Shown here: one piece after another, positions 16,765-24,662 of the stretch
Layout of the letters: every line of letters starts with the position of its first letter
Numbering within the stretch: position 1 is the first letter of the stretch
Assembly (NCBI RefSeq): GCF_000019605.1
Contig: NC_010482.1
Span: 1,050,001 to 1,082,000, forward strand
Origin: Candidatus Korarchaeum cryptofilum OPF8
GTDB lineage: Archaea > Korarchaeota > Korarchaeia > Korarchaeales > Korarchaeaceae
Direction: 5' to 3'
DNA: 32,000 nt
Notes under the pieces: model-generated
What the model was told of the DNA's origin: nothing
Databases searched by the model: none
What the model saw: only the letters and a program-made list of their open reading frames with translations
Made by a program: the position numbers and the translations under genes

Positions 16765-18149
16765 GCGTGAGCGAGTATACCCTGAAGGGGATATTCAAGG
16801 AATTGATGCGGTATAAGAGCGCTTTAGTCGGCTTAGCTATCTTAGTATTCTTAGTGGCTCTATCCCTATATGCATTAATATTCACACCATACGCGCAAGC
16901 AGGGGAGATTTGGAACGATCAGAACAGATGGCTAGCTTATCCTAGGAACGCAGCTCCCGAATGGTACAACTTCTTCTCCTCCAAGAAGCTACCTCCGAGC
17001 ATACTGATAGGAGAGGGCCTACCGAACCATAAGAGCGAGGAAGCTGAGAGGGAAGGTCATAGAGTGATAACTTATTTGGATAGCTTCACATATAATTACG
17101 ATGACTTCCCGAGCGAGCTCGTGCTTCTGATAAACACTACTTACTCCGGAAGCCCGCCAACTGTGAAAGTTTACTGGGTAAAGCCGAGCGGTGAGGAGCT
17201 GAATTTGAGCGCCTATAGGCCCAGGAACATCTCTGAAAGCATATACATATCAAATAACCTCATTCTGGAGCGCGATCTCGAGGAATACGCTATCGATAAG
17301 CTGGGATTCACGCCTAACTACACGATAACGATACCAGTCGCACTCTTCATGGAATACAAGGGAGAGCCCACGGTTATGAAGGGGAATTACACTGTGAGAG
17401 TTGAGGTAACCCTGTATAATAGGAGCGATACCTTCAGCTACAGATTGCTGATGCACGGTAAGGTCTACGGCATAGCTGGAACGGATATTTACAGGAGACC
17501 CCTGGAACTAGGCCTCATCTGGGGAGCTCCGATAGCTCTATCCTTCGGTATAGTAGCCTCAGTCACGATAACTTTCGCTAACCTCATACTCGCAGCTATA
17601 AGCGGATATTACGGTGGGAAGATAGATTCTCTAATACAGAGGCTCACTGAGATATATATGATCATTCCATTCGTCCCGTTCATCGTGACAATCTCCATCC
17701 TCTATGGATTAGATATATGGAGGCTCCTCCTCATCGTCATAATACTGAGTATACTAGGGACTCCCGTCAAGACTTATAGAGTTTGGGTGATGCAGCTGAA
17801 GACATCGCCATACGTGGAGGCAGCTATAGCATATGGTGCGAGCAACCTCAGGATAATAGCTCTCTATATACTTCCCAGGATCCTGCCCCCAGTTGTGCCA
17901 TCCTTGGTCCTCTCAATACCTTCTTACGTTTTCCTAGAAGCTGCTTTAGCGGTATTGGGCTTAAGCGATCCTAAGGTAGTCAGTTGGGGGAGGATAATAG
18001 AGGAGTCATTCTCGGGAGGAGCTGTTTACAAAGGATACTATCATTGGGTCCTTATACCATCCGCTATGCTCATATTGACAGCCATATCCTTCGCTCTCAT
18101 AGGCCTAGCCTTAGATAGGATCGTGAATCCTAGGCTGAGGGAGATGTGA
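16761..18149 (+). CDS. ABC transporter permease (OppC/DppC-like) with large extracytoplasmic loop
   Basis: 462 aa. An N-terminal TM is followed by a ~190-aa hydrophilic loop and then the permease core. EAA-type loop YVEAAIAYGASNLRIIALYILPRILPP. Confidence 0.9.
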   Translation: MSVSEYTLKGIFKELMRYKSALVGLAILVFLVALSLYALIFTPYAQAGEIWNDQNRWLAYPRNAAPEWYNFFSSKKLPPSILIGEGLPNHKSEEAEREGHRVITYLDSFTYNYDDFPSELVLLINTTYSGSPPTVKVYWVKPSGEELNLSAYRPRNISESIYISNNLILERDLEEYAIDKLGFTPNYTITIPVALFMEYKGEPTVMKGNYTVRVEVTLYNRSDTFSYRLLMHGKVYGIAGTDIYRRPLELGLIWGAPIALSFGIVASVTITFANLILAAISGYYGGKIDSLIQRLTEIYMIIPFVPFIVTISILYGLDIWRLLLIVIILSILGTPVKTYRVWVMQLKTSPYVEAAIAYGASNLRIIALYILPRILPPVVPSLVLSIPSYVFLEAALAVLGLSDPKVVSWGRIIEESFSGGAVYKGYYHWVLIPSAMLILTAISFALIGLALDRIVNPRLREM

Positions 18150-18151
18150 GT

Positions 18152-19099
18152 ATGAAGCTATTGAGCGTCTCCAATTTGAAGCTCTACTATAAGACGACGA
18201 AGGGCGTTGTTAAAGCGGTAGATGACGTCAGTTTCGATTTGAATAAAGGGGAAACGCTCGCGATAGTTGGCGAATCGGGATGCGGGAAGAGCTCCCTATC
18301 GAGAGCGATAATAAGGCTACTCCCGAGGAACGTCCATACGTATGAGGGCAAGATAATGCTCAACGGGACTGATCTCATGTCTATGGATGAGGAGACTTTC
18401 AGGAAGGAGGTTAGATGGAGGAAAATCTCAATGGTGTTCCAGGGGGCCCTCAACTCCCTGAACCCAGTGCTCAAAGTGGGGTATCAAATAGCCGAGCCCC
18501 TGATGATACATATGAAGGTGAACGAGAAGGAAGCTATCGAGAGGGCCAAGGAGCTCTTAGTGAAGCTAGGGCTTTCCGAGGAATTCGCTGAAAGGTATCC
18601 ATTCGAGTTGAGTGGAGGGATGAAGCAGAGAGCTGTCATAGCTATAGCTTTGATCACAAATCCCGATCTAATAATATTGGATGAGCCCACATCGGCGCTC
18701 GATGTGATAACGCAGGCTAACATAATGAACATGCTGAAGAAACTCAAGAGGAGCAGGGAGCAGACTTTCATCTTCATAACTCACGATATAAGCGTCGCTA
18801 GCGAGCTTGCGGATAAAGTAGCCACTATGTATGCAGGTCAGATCGTGGAGATAGCACCTGCAGATACCTTCTATGAGGAACCTCTCCACCCATACACTCA
18901 GAAGCTAATGAAGAGCGTCCCGACTTTGAGGAGGGAGAAGATGCTGGAATCCATACCTGGAGCGCCGCCAAATCTGATAAATCCTCCGAGCGGTTGCAGG
19001 TTCCATCCGAGATGCGATAAGGCGATGGACATATGCAGGAAGGAGGATCCGCCTACCTTCGAGAGGGGTCATTCTGTTAAGTGCTGGTTGTACAGGTGA
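18152..19099 (+). CDS. ABC transporter ATP-binding protein (OppD/DppD-like)
   Basis: Walker A GESGCGKS, signature LSGGMKQR, Walker B LIILDEPTSALD and the C-terminal oligopeptide-type motif CRFHPRC. The ORF is also open from GTG 18146, which overlaps the upstream stop. Confidence 0.9.
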   Translation: MKLLSVSNLKLYYKTTKGVVKAVDDVSFDLNKGETLAIVGESGCGKSSLSRAIIRLLPRNVHTYEGKIMLNGTDLMSMDEETFRKEVRWRKISMVFQGALNSLNPVLKVGYQIAEPLMIHMKVNEKEAIERAKELLVKLGLSEEFAERYPFELSGGMKQRAVIAIALITNPDLIILDEPTSALDVITQANIMNMLKKLKRSREQTFIFITHDISVASELADKVATMYAGQIVEIAPADTFYEEPLHPYTQKLMKSVPTLRREKMLESIPGAPPNLINPPSGCRFHPRCDKAMDICRKEDPPTFERGHSVKCWLYR

Positions 19100-19104
19100 T
19101 ATCT

Positions 19105-20064
19105 ATGGTCCTCCTGAAGGTTGAGAAGCTTAAGAAATGGTTCCCAATGAAGAAGGGGATTTTTGGGAAGACTTTCTACGTTAGAGCAGTTGAGAATGTG
19201 AGTTTCGAGCTGGAGAAGGGGGAAGCTGTCTCCTTAGTTGGGGAGTCCGGCAGCGGTAAGACGACATTGGGTAAAACTATACTGAGGCTTTATGAACCGA
19301 CCGATGGCAGGATATTCTTCGATGGCAAGGATATCACTAGTTTGAGCAACAAGGAGCTCATGTGGTACCGAAGGCAAACTGGAATAGTTCAGCAGGACCC
19401 GTACGGCTCCCTAGCACCTCACTTCACTATATACAAGATACTAGAGGAGCCCCTGATAATACACGGTGTGAGTAAGGAGGAGAGGAGGGAGAAGATATTC
19501 TCAATTCTGAATGAGATCAGGCTCCCTCCGGAGGAGTTCGCCTTCAAGTATCCGCACATGCTGAGCGGGGGACAGTTACAGAGGGTAGCTATAGCCAGGG
19601 CTATGATACTAGATCCGAAGCTCATAGTAGCTGATGAGCCTGTCTCGATGCTCGATGCCTCAGTTAGAGTGGAGATATTGAACTTATTCGCCGAGCTCCA
19701 GAGGAAGCATGATATGAGCGTCATATACATAACTCATGACTTGTCGACCACTAGGTACTTCTCGGAGAAGATATTCATAATGTATGCAGGCCACATCGTC
19801 GAGAGGGCTCCGACAAAGGAGATGTTGAACAATCCATTGCACCCCTATACTAGAGCTCTATTCAACGCTATCCCCGATCCAGATCCAGAGAACAGGCTCA
19901 GGATGAGGGAAGTTCCTCCGGGAGAGCCTCCAAGCCTCGTGAATCCTCCTCCCGGGTGCAGATTCAAGCCCAGGTGCCCCATAGCGACTAGTAAGTGCGA
20001 TGAGGAGCCTCCTGAATATGAGGTCTCCCCTGGTCACTTCGTGAAGTGCTGGTACCCGAAATGA
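19105..20064 (+). CDS. ABC transporter ATP-binding protein (OppF/DppF-like)
   Basis: Walker A GESGSGKT, signature LSGGQLQR, Walker B LIVADEPVSMLD and the C-terminal motif CRFKPRC. ATG 19105 follows the OppD-like stop by 5 nt; the track start at 19081 is a GTG inside the upstream gene. Confidence 0.9.
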   Translation: MVLLKVEKLKKWFPMKKGIFGKTFYVRAVENVSFELEKGEAVSLVGESGSGKTTLGKTILRLYEPTDGRIFFDGKDITSLSNKELMWYRRQTGIVQQDPYGSLAPHFTIYKILEEPLIIHGVSKEERREKIFSILNEIRLPPEEFAFKYPHMLSGGQLQRVAIARAMILDPKLIVADEPVSMLDASVRVEILNLFAELQRKHDMSVIYITHDLSTTRYFSEKIFIMYAGHIVERAPTKEMLNNPLHPYTRALFNAIPDPDPENRLRMREVPPGEPPSLVNPPPGCRFKPRCPIATSKCDEEPPEYEVSPGHFVKCWYPK

Positions 20065-20561
20065 GGGCCCTGATCATAGGAATTATTTTATTCCTCATCT
20101 CTTTTTCGATAGGAATTGGCGCTATGTACTATGAAGCGCCTAAGCTCATGCTAGATGAGGAATTCTCTCTTGAGAGAGAGGCAATTACCTCCTTCCCGAT
20201 AGAGGAGACATCGCTCAAGGTTTATTACAATATAACCTGCAAGTCGGAGAGAGCTCTGAACATCTCCATGGGATTCTTCAACGAAGAGGGAGGCTCCTTA
20301 GGAAATCTCACATTCAGCGGGAACAAGAAAATCAGTTCTAGTGGCTATGAGTACCTTCCTGAAGCATCTAGGGAAGTTAGGCTGACCCTCACCGAAGGGG
20401 ATCATGCCACTTGTTGCCTTAAACTCTATTACTCGCAGTTCGATGAGATGACGCTCCTCCTGATGGTCTCCATGCAGTTGCTCACATCCATGCTCGCGAT
20501 ATCCCTCATATTATCGTACTACCTGAAGCTCAGGAGAGGGCACCGATCAAAAAGCTCTTGA
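20061..20561 (+). CDS. Two-TM membrane protein of unknown function, translationally coupled to the ABC operon
   Basis: The ATG overlaps the OppF-like stop (ATGA at 20061-20064). It has an N-terminal TM (ALIIGIILFLISFSIGIGAMYY), a ~110-aa hydrophilic domain with three N-x-S/T sequons (NIT, NIS, NLT), and a C-terminal TM followed by a basic tail. Confidence 0.5.
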   Translation: MRALIIGIILFLISFSIGIGAMYYEAPKLMLDEEFSLEREAITSFPIEETSLKVYYNITCKSERALNISMGFFNEEGGSLGNLTFSGNKKISSSGYEYLPEASREVRLTLTEGDHATCCLKLYYSQFDEMTLLLMVSMQLLTSMLAISLILSYYLKLRRGHRSKSS

Positions 20562-20682
20562 GCTTTCAGATAAAGTATTTATATTCTGAGAATCCCTAGC
20601 CGGAGCTCCTCGAGAATGAACTTCATGGAGGCTGCTGCACCGGGCCCGAATGAAAAATTAAAAAGATGGCGAGATTGATCCG

Positions 20683-20913
20683 ATGGGTGATCATATGCTG
20701 GATAAAGTGGTGGACGCGCTCATGAGCAGAGGTTTCATAATAAAGAGGAGAGGGGACGGGAGAGTGGAAGCCGAACTGGGTGAGGAGAGGGTGATAATAG
20801 ACCCCATCTCTAAGTCCTGGATGTACATGAGGGGGGAGGGTAAGGGAGTCTTCGCTAAAGCCTATTTCTCCTTAAATGGAATTTTGGAGAAGATAGATGA
20901 GCTCAGATCTTAA
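20683..20913 (+). CDS. Small hypothetical protein (72-76 aa)
   Basis: The ORF has genome-typical composition (R/E/G/I-rich). An A/T-rich AAAAATTAAAAAG box at 20653-20665 lies ~24 nt upstream. I recognised no family. Confidence 0.4.
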   Translation: MGDHMLDKVVDALMSRGFIIKRRGDGRVEAELGEERVIIDPISKSWMYMRGEGKGVFAKAYFSLNGILEKIDELRS

Positions 20914-20914
20914 T

Positions 20915-22000
20915 TCAGACATTTTCTCCCCTTATGAATGCCTCAACGAGATCCTTTGCAACGTAATCCGGGAATTGCTTCGGGGGATGCTTGAAGAAGT
21001 AAGATGAAACCCCGACGAGGGGTCCTCCTATTCCCCTATCCTTCGCGAGCTTCACGGCCCTTATCACATCCAGAGCAACGCCAGCGGCGTTTGGAGAGTC
21101 CATAACGCTGAGCTTCACATCCAAGTATATTTTGAATCCGCCGAACTGTTCGGCCTCCATGTAAAGATACATGACCTTCCTATCACCCAGGAAGGGGACG
21201 TAATCGCTGGGGCCGACCCTTGCCCCTATCTGATATGGTACGAGGCTTGTCACAGCCTCAGTCTTGCTTATCCTCTTCGAGGTGAGTCTGGATTCCTCTA
21301 TCATGTTCAGGAAGTCCATATTGCCTCCTATGTTCAACTGATATGTATTGGTTATCTTCAGCCCCCTGTCTACGAAGAGCCTAGCTAGGGTCCTATGCAG
21401 TATGGTGGCACCTACCTGGCTCTTGAAATCATCGCCAGCTGCAGGTATCCCTCTGCTCCTGAATAACTCACCCCAGTTGGGATCGCTCACTATGAACTCA
21501 GGTATTCCGTTCACGAAGCCCACTCCGCTCTCCAAGGAAGCTCTAGCGTAAGCCCTACTCGCTTCGTAGCTCCCCACAGGTATTAGGTTCACTAATACAT
21601 CGGCTCCGCTCTCCTTGAGCACATCAGCTACGTTAACGCTAGGGGAATCGTCCACCTTGAACCCTTCCCCGTATCTGAATTCCCTCATATGGGGGGCGAC
21701 TCCATCTAGCACTGGTCCCTTCATCACCTCCACGCCCAGCTTGGGGACGTCAGCGAACTTCTCCAGTACATTGGGTTCAGAGAATATAGCTTCGGACAAA
21801 TCTTTACCCACTTTCCTCGAATCTACATCGAATGCAGCGACGAATTCGATGTCAGAAATGTGATAAGGTCCGAATCTCACATGCATTATGCCAGGAGCCC
21901 ATTCGTCATCCGAAAGATCTTTATACTTGAAGACCCCCTGAACTATGGCGGATGCAACGTTTCCGATTCCTGCTAAGGCCACTTTTACCTTCAAGATCAT
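20915..22000 (-). CDS. Archaeal-type myo-inositol-1-phosphate (inositol-3-phosphate) synthase
   Basis: N-terminal Rossmann segment KVALAGIGNVASAIVQGV. The central segment NGIPEFIVSDP...AGDDFKSQVGATILHR and the C-terminal SYFFKHPP are typical of the archaeal/bacterial MIPS family. Start is ATG 22000; the track begins one codon earlier at GTG 22003. Confidence 0.88.
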   Translation of the reverse strand: MILKVKVALAGIGNVASAIVQGVFKYKDLSDDEWAPGIMHVRFGPYHISDIEFVAAFDVDSRKVGKDLSEAIFSEPNVLEKFADVPKLGVEVMKGPVLDGVAPHMREFRYGEGFKVDDSPSVNVADVLKESGADVLVNLIPVGSYEASRAYARASLESGVGFVNGIPEFIVSDPNWGELFRSRGIPAAGDDFKSQVGATILHRTLARLFVDRGLKITNTYQLNIGGNMDFLNMIEESRLTSKRISKTEAVTSLVPYQIGARVGPSDYVPFLGDRKVMYLYMEAEQFGGFKIYLDVKLSVMDSPNAAGVALDVIRAVKLAKDRGIGGPLVGVSSYFFKHPPKQFPDYVAKDLVEAFIRGENV

Positions 22001-22024
22001 CACCTAGCTCTTCACCCGAACTTG

Positions 22025-22035
22025 AAATATAAAAA
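22025..22035 (-). promoter_or_regulatory. TATA-like box for the inositol-phosphate synthase gene (TTTTTATATTT on the minus strand)
   Basis: Lies ~30 nt upstream of ATG 22000, with GGGTGA and AGGTG purine motifs in between. Confidence 0.4.
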
Positions 22036-22094
22036 TGCACGTTAAATGAGTATTGCTCATCGATGAAATCAAGTATTTTTGTAAGAAAATACCA

Positions 22095-22187
22095 ATTTTT
22101 CATTTATATTTTTTAAATATATCACTATATTTCTATTGATCTTTTTATTTATCTCAGTGAAAATCGTGATTATTTTGATTTTTCATT
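22095..22187. repeat. Exact 10-bp direct repeat ATTTTTCATT (22095-22104 and 22178-22187) within the AT-rich intergenic region
   Basis: Read directly from the sequence. A degenerate third copy, ATTTTTCGAT, is at 22221-22230. The reverse-complement-like TGAAA(A)T also occurs on the plus strand at 22063 and 22157. Confidence 0.5.
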
Positions 22188-22238
22188 GTTTTTTGCTAAA
22201 AATTAATAGATATGATGCTTATTTTTCGATATAATATT

Positions 22239-22258
22239 TACATTTCTGATCGAATGTA
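22239..22258. promoter_or_regulatory. Palindrome TACATT-N8-AATGTA, followed by a second TACATTT; candidate operator upstream of the kinase gene
   Basis: Sequence TACATTTCTGATCGAATGTA has perfect 6-bp inverted arms. TACATTT recurs at 22259-22265. It lies ~45 nt upstream of the candidate TATA at 22299-22306. Confidence 0.3.
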
Positions 22259-22298
22259 TTACATTTGCTAGGGGTTCCGGAAATTGCCTCGAGATCGC

Positions 22299-22306
22299 TT
22301 TTAATT
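22299..22306 (+). promoter_or_regulatory. TATA-like box (TTTTAATT) for the mevalonate-kinase homolog
   Basis: Its centre is ~25 nt upstream of ATG 22328, and no Shine-Dalgarno motif lies between them. This fits a leaderless transcript. Confidence 0.35.
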
Positions 22307-22327
22307 GGATGACCCTCCAGTCCTCTC

Positions 22328-23278
22328 ATGGGTGCTAACTTGAGGGTAAGGGCCTCCGCACCTTCGCAGGCTTTCCTTCTGGGCGAACATGCTGTCCTCT
22401 ATGGCTCTCCAGCTCTCGCTCTTAGCGTAGATAAACGCAGTCATGTAGAGGCTTCCCCCCTCCCCGAAGGGGAGATAATGATAGAATCGGAACTGGGGGT
22501 CTATAAGGAGGGGAGCTCATACAATGAGGACCTCGTTAAGTTAGCTGAAGGGGTGAAGGAGCTCTTCAATAAGTACGGAATAAGGAGTGGCGTTCACTTG
22601 AGGATAAGATCCGAGGTACCTGCGAGCAGCGGTATGGCTTCCTCAGCTTCAGTAGCTGCAGCCATATCTAAGTCCATAGATGCCCTATTTAACTTGGGTA
22701 TGAGCGAATCGGAGCTCCTAGATGCTGTCTACACTTTCGAGAGGATAATACATGGTAGGGCTAGTAAGACCGGACCCGCTTGCGCGGTCCTGGGTGGAGT
22801 TATCTGGGTCGAGTGGTCTGACGGTGAGATGAGAGCTACCAGCTTGGGCCATAGGGAAGTGCCTGTAGCTATAGCCTGTACAGGGGAGCCCAGTAGGACT
22901 AAAGAGATGGTCGAGAGGGTCTCCAAGCTAAGGGAAGCTTTTCCAGAAGTTCATGAGGGGATAGTCAGGACCATATCAGATTTAGTTTTTAAGGGGAGAG
23001 AAGCGTTGGAATCCGGGGATTTCAGGACATTGGGCTCCCTTATGAACATAAATCAGGGCTTACTTTACTCGCTGGGTGTGAGCAGCTTTGCTATAGAGAG
23101 GATAATCTGGGAGGCCAGGATGAAAGGGGCCTTGGGAGCCAAGCTCTCCGGGGCGGGAGGAGGGGGGTGCGTTGTCATACTCCACGAAGCTCCTGAGGAA
23201 GTAGCGAGTAACTTGACATCAGCTAGCATCTCCTTCCCAGCGAGAGTTTCTAGGAGGGGAGTTGTTTTAGAGCCCTAA
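22328..23278 (+). CDS. GHMP-kinase family protein, mevalonate-kinase homolog (atypical active-site residues)
   Basis: MVK-type motifs seen: SAPSQAFLLGEHAVLYG (compare SAPGKxILxGEHAVVxG), PASSGMASSAS (motif II) and KLSGAGGGGCVVIL (motif III). In the segment ERIIHGRASKTGPACAVLGG (compare ERxIHGxPSGxDxxxxxxGG), the Lys and Asp positions are Gln14 and Gly149. Confidence 0.8.
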   Translation: MGANLRVRASAPSQAFLLGEHAVLYGSPALALSVDKRSHVEASPLPEGEIMIESELGVYKEGSSYNEDLVKLAEGVKELFNKYGIRSGVHLRIRSEVPASSGMASSASVAAAISKSIDALFNLGMSESELLDAVYTFERIIHGRASKTGPACAVLGGVIWVEWSDGEMRATSLGHREVPVAIACTGEPSRTKEMVERVSKLREAFPEVHEGIVRTISDLVFKGREALESGDFRTLGSLMNINQGLLYSLGVSSFAIERIIWEARMKGALGAKLSGAGGGGCVVILHEAPEEVASNLTSASISFPARVSRRGVVLEP

Positions 23279-24459
23279 ACTTCCTCTCCAAGCTCCCTCA
23301 ATTTTCTGATTAACTCCTTCGTTTTCTTATTCAGCTCTCTAAGATCCTCTATCTTATAGTTGAGCTTTCCCCTCTCGACGACCTTCAGATAGGAGTACCT
23401 CATCTCCTTCCCGCATGAGGGGCACTTCGGCTTACTCCCCTTGCTCACCTCGTATATTAAATGATCATCGCATATGAACAGGTCCTTGGCCCCGCTCCTT
23501 ATCCCCCTCTTAGCTATGGGCTTCCCCTCTATCTCAACTATATCCATACCGAAGTCCACGGGCCTAGCCCCTATTATGTGAGACCCGACGCCGAATGCAT
23601 CCGCTCCAGCTTCAGAGAACTCCTTAACTGTGCTCTCATTCAGGCCGCCTGAGACGAATATCTTCACATGATTGAAGCCCCTTATATCGAGTTCCCACCT
23701 CACCTCCCTTATTATCTCACTCATATCCCCCCTCCTGGAGCTAGGAGTGTCCAGCCTAACCCCAGATAATCTCTTCCCAAGCGCCTCGGCAGCCATTATA
23801 GCCTCAGTCTTCTCATCGTAGAAAGTATCGACTAAAGCTATCCTCGGCACGTCCTCCGGCATGACCTCATCGAAGGATCTCCAAGCCTTTATCTGATCTC
23901 CGAAGAGTATTATCATTGCGTGGGGCATAGTTCCGACGGGCTTGAATCCGAGCTCCTCAATGAGTATACCGGAGGAACCATCAAGACCCCCTATTAGGCT
24001 CGCTTTCTCGAAAGCTAGGCTCACCGCTGGATGCTGCCTCCTTATCCCGAAATTGAAGACTGGCTTATCTCCGGCAGCCATCTTAACTCTAGCCGCTACC
24101 GTAGCTACTCCCGAGAGGCTGCTCAGGAAGCCCAGTATAGATGTCTCTAGAGCCCCGAACTCCGAGTAGGGGCCCTCTATCCTCATGACAGGTGTCCAGG
24201 GCCTGAAGATGCTCCCGTCAGGCAGGGAGTATACATCAACATTTTTACCCTCAAGGAGCTTAGCTACTTCTTCAACTCCAGCCAATATTCCCCATTTCGC
24301 CTTATTAGGTATAGATCTAGCTGCTACTTCCATCACAACTCTCTTATCAGCTAAGCCCTTAGCCCTCAGGACCTCGAGAGTCCTGAGGAAGTATATATCG
24401 GTCACCTTTCCCTCCTTTATCTCCTTACTCGAGATTATGTAGAAGTCATCCTGACGCAT
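23275..24459 (-). CDS. Nicotinate phosphoribosyltransferase-family enzyme (archaeal NAPRTase/QPRTase-like) with C-terminal Zn-ribbon-like tail
   Basis: The N-terminus KVTDIYFLRTLEVL, the TIM-barrel segments (GTMPHAMI, VDTF, GVRLDTPSSRRG, VSGGL) and the CDD...CPSCG tail resemble archaeal NAPRTase-family proteins. ATG 24459 is preceded by GAGGTGAT. The ORF is also open from ATG 24474. Confidence 0.8.
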   Translation of the reverse strand: MRQDDFYIISSKEIKEGKVTDIYFLRTLEVLRAKGLADKRVVMEVAARSIPNKAKWGILAGVEEVAKLLEGKNVDVYSLPDGSIFRPWTPVMRIEGPYSEFGALETSILGFLSSLSGVATVAARVKMAAGDKPVFNFGIRRQHPAVSLAFEKASLIGGLDGSSGILIEELGFKPVGTMPHAMIILFGDQIKAWRSFDEVMPEDVPRIALVDTFYDEKTEAIMAAEALGKRLSGVRLDTPSSRRGDMSEIIREVRWELDIRGFNHVKIFVSGGLNESTVKEFSEAGADAFGVGSHIIGARPVDFGMDIVEIEGKPIAKRGIRSGAKDLFICDDHLIYEVSKGSKPKCPSCGKEMRYSYLKVVERGKLNYKIEDLRELNKKTKELIRKLRELGEEV

Positions 24460-24498
24460 TGCATCACCTCGCATTCAACAGGGTCTTAAAATTAATAG

Positions 24499-24572
24499 CG
24501 GCGGGGGTGGGACTCGAACCCACGACCCTCCGGTTAACAGCCGGATGCTCTACCTGGCTGAGCTACCCCGCC
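24499..24572 (-). tRNA. tRNA-Asn (anticodon GUU), 74 nt, no intron, CCA not encoded
   Basis: Hand-folded cloverleaf on the minus strand:
- acceptor stem GGCGGGG/CCCCGCC
- D arm GCTC-AGCCAGGTA-GAGC
- anticodon arm TCCGG-CTGTTAA-CCGGA
- variable loop GGGTC
- T arm GTGGG-TTCGAGT-CCCAC
- discriminator G. Confidence 0.93.
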
Positions 24573-24594
24573 ACCCGTAGTGTGAGAGAGGAAG

Positions 24595-24602
24595 TATAAA
24601 AG
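24595..24602 (-). promoter_or_regulatory. TATA box for tRNA-Asn (CTTTTATA on the minus strand)
   Basis: Its centre is ~26 nt upstream of the mature tRNA 5-prime end (24572). Confidence 0.45.
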
Positions 24603-24662
24603 GTTATGGGTCGATGCGATCGAGTCGGGCAACCTTAAAAAAGCCTAGAGGATATATTTCCT

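Noticed and set aside
21921-22103. 60-aa minus-strand ORF spanning the inositol-phosphate synthase start and part of the AT-rich spacer.
   Set aside because: It is out of frame with the synthase gene and overlaps it. Its composition (N/K/I/F-rich from AT-rich DNA) and the lack of any start context argue against it.
22001-22327. The AT-rich spacer as a chromosomal replication origin (oriC).
   Set aside because: No orc1/cdc6 gene is adjacent. I found no repeated ORB or mini-ORB elements of the TCCAGTGGAAAC type. There is only one weak match (CTCAGTGAAAAT at 22153) and a single TTCCGGAA. The AT-richness is explained more simply by two divergent promoters plus regulatory sites. The idea remains testable and is mentioned under the finding.
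24499-24572. Checked tRNA-Asn for an intron, a split gene or an encoded CCA.
   Set aside because: The 74-nt cloverleaf is continuous, with a standard 7-nt anticodon loop. The 3-prime flank reads CTA, so CCA is added post-transcriptionally. Nothing is unusual.
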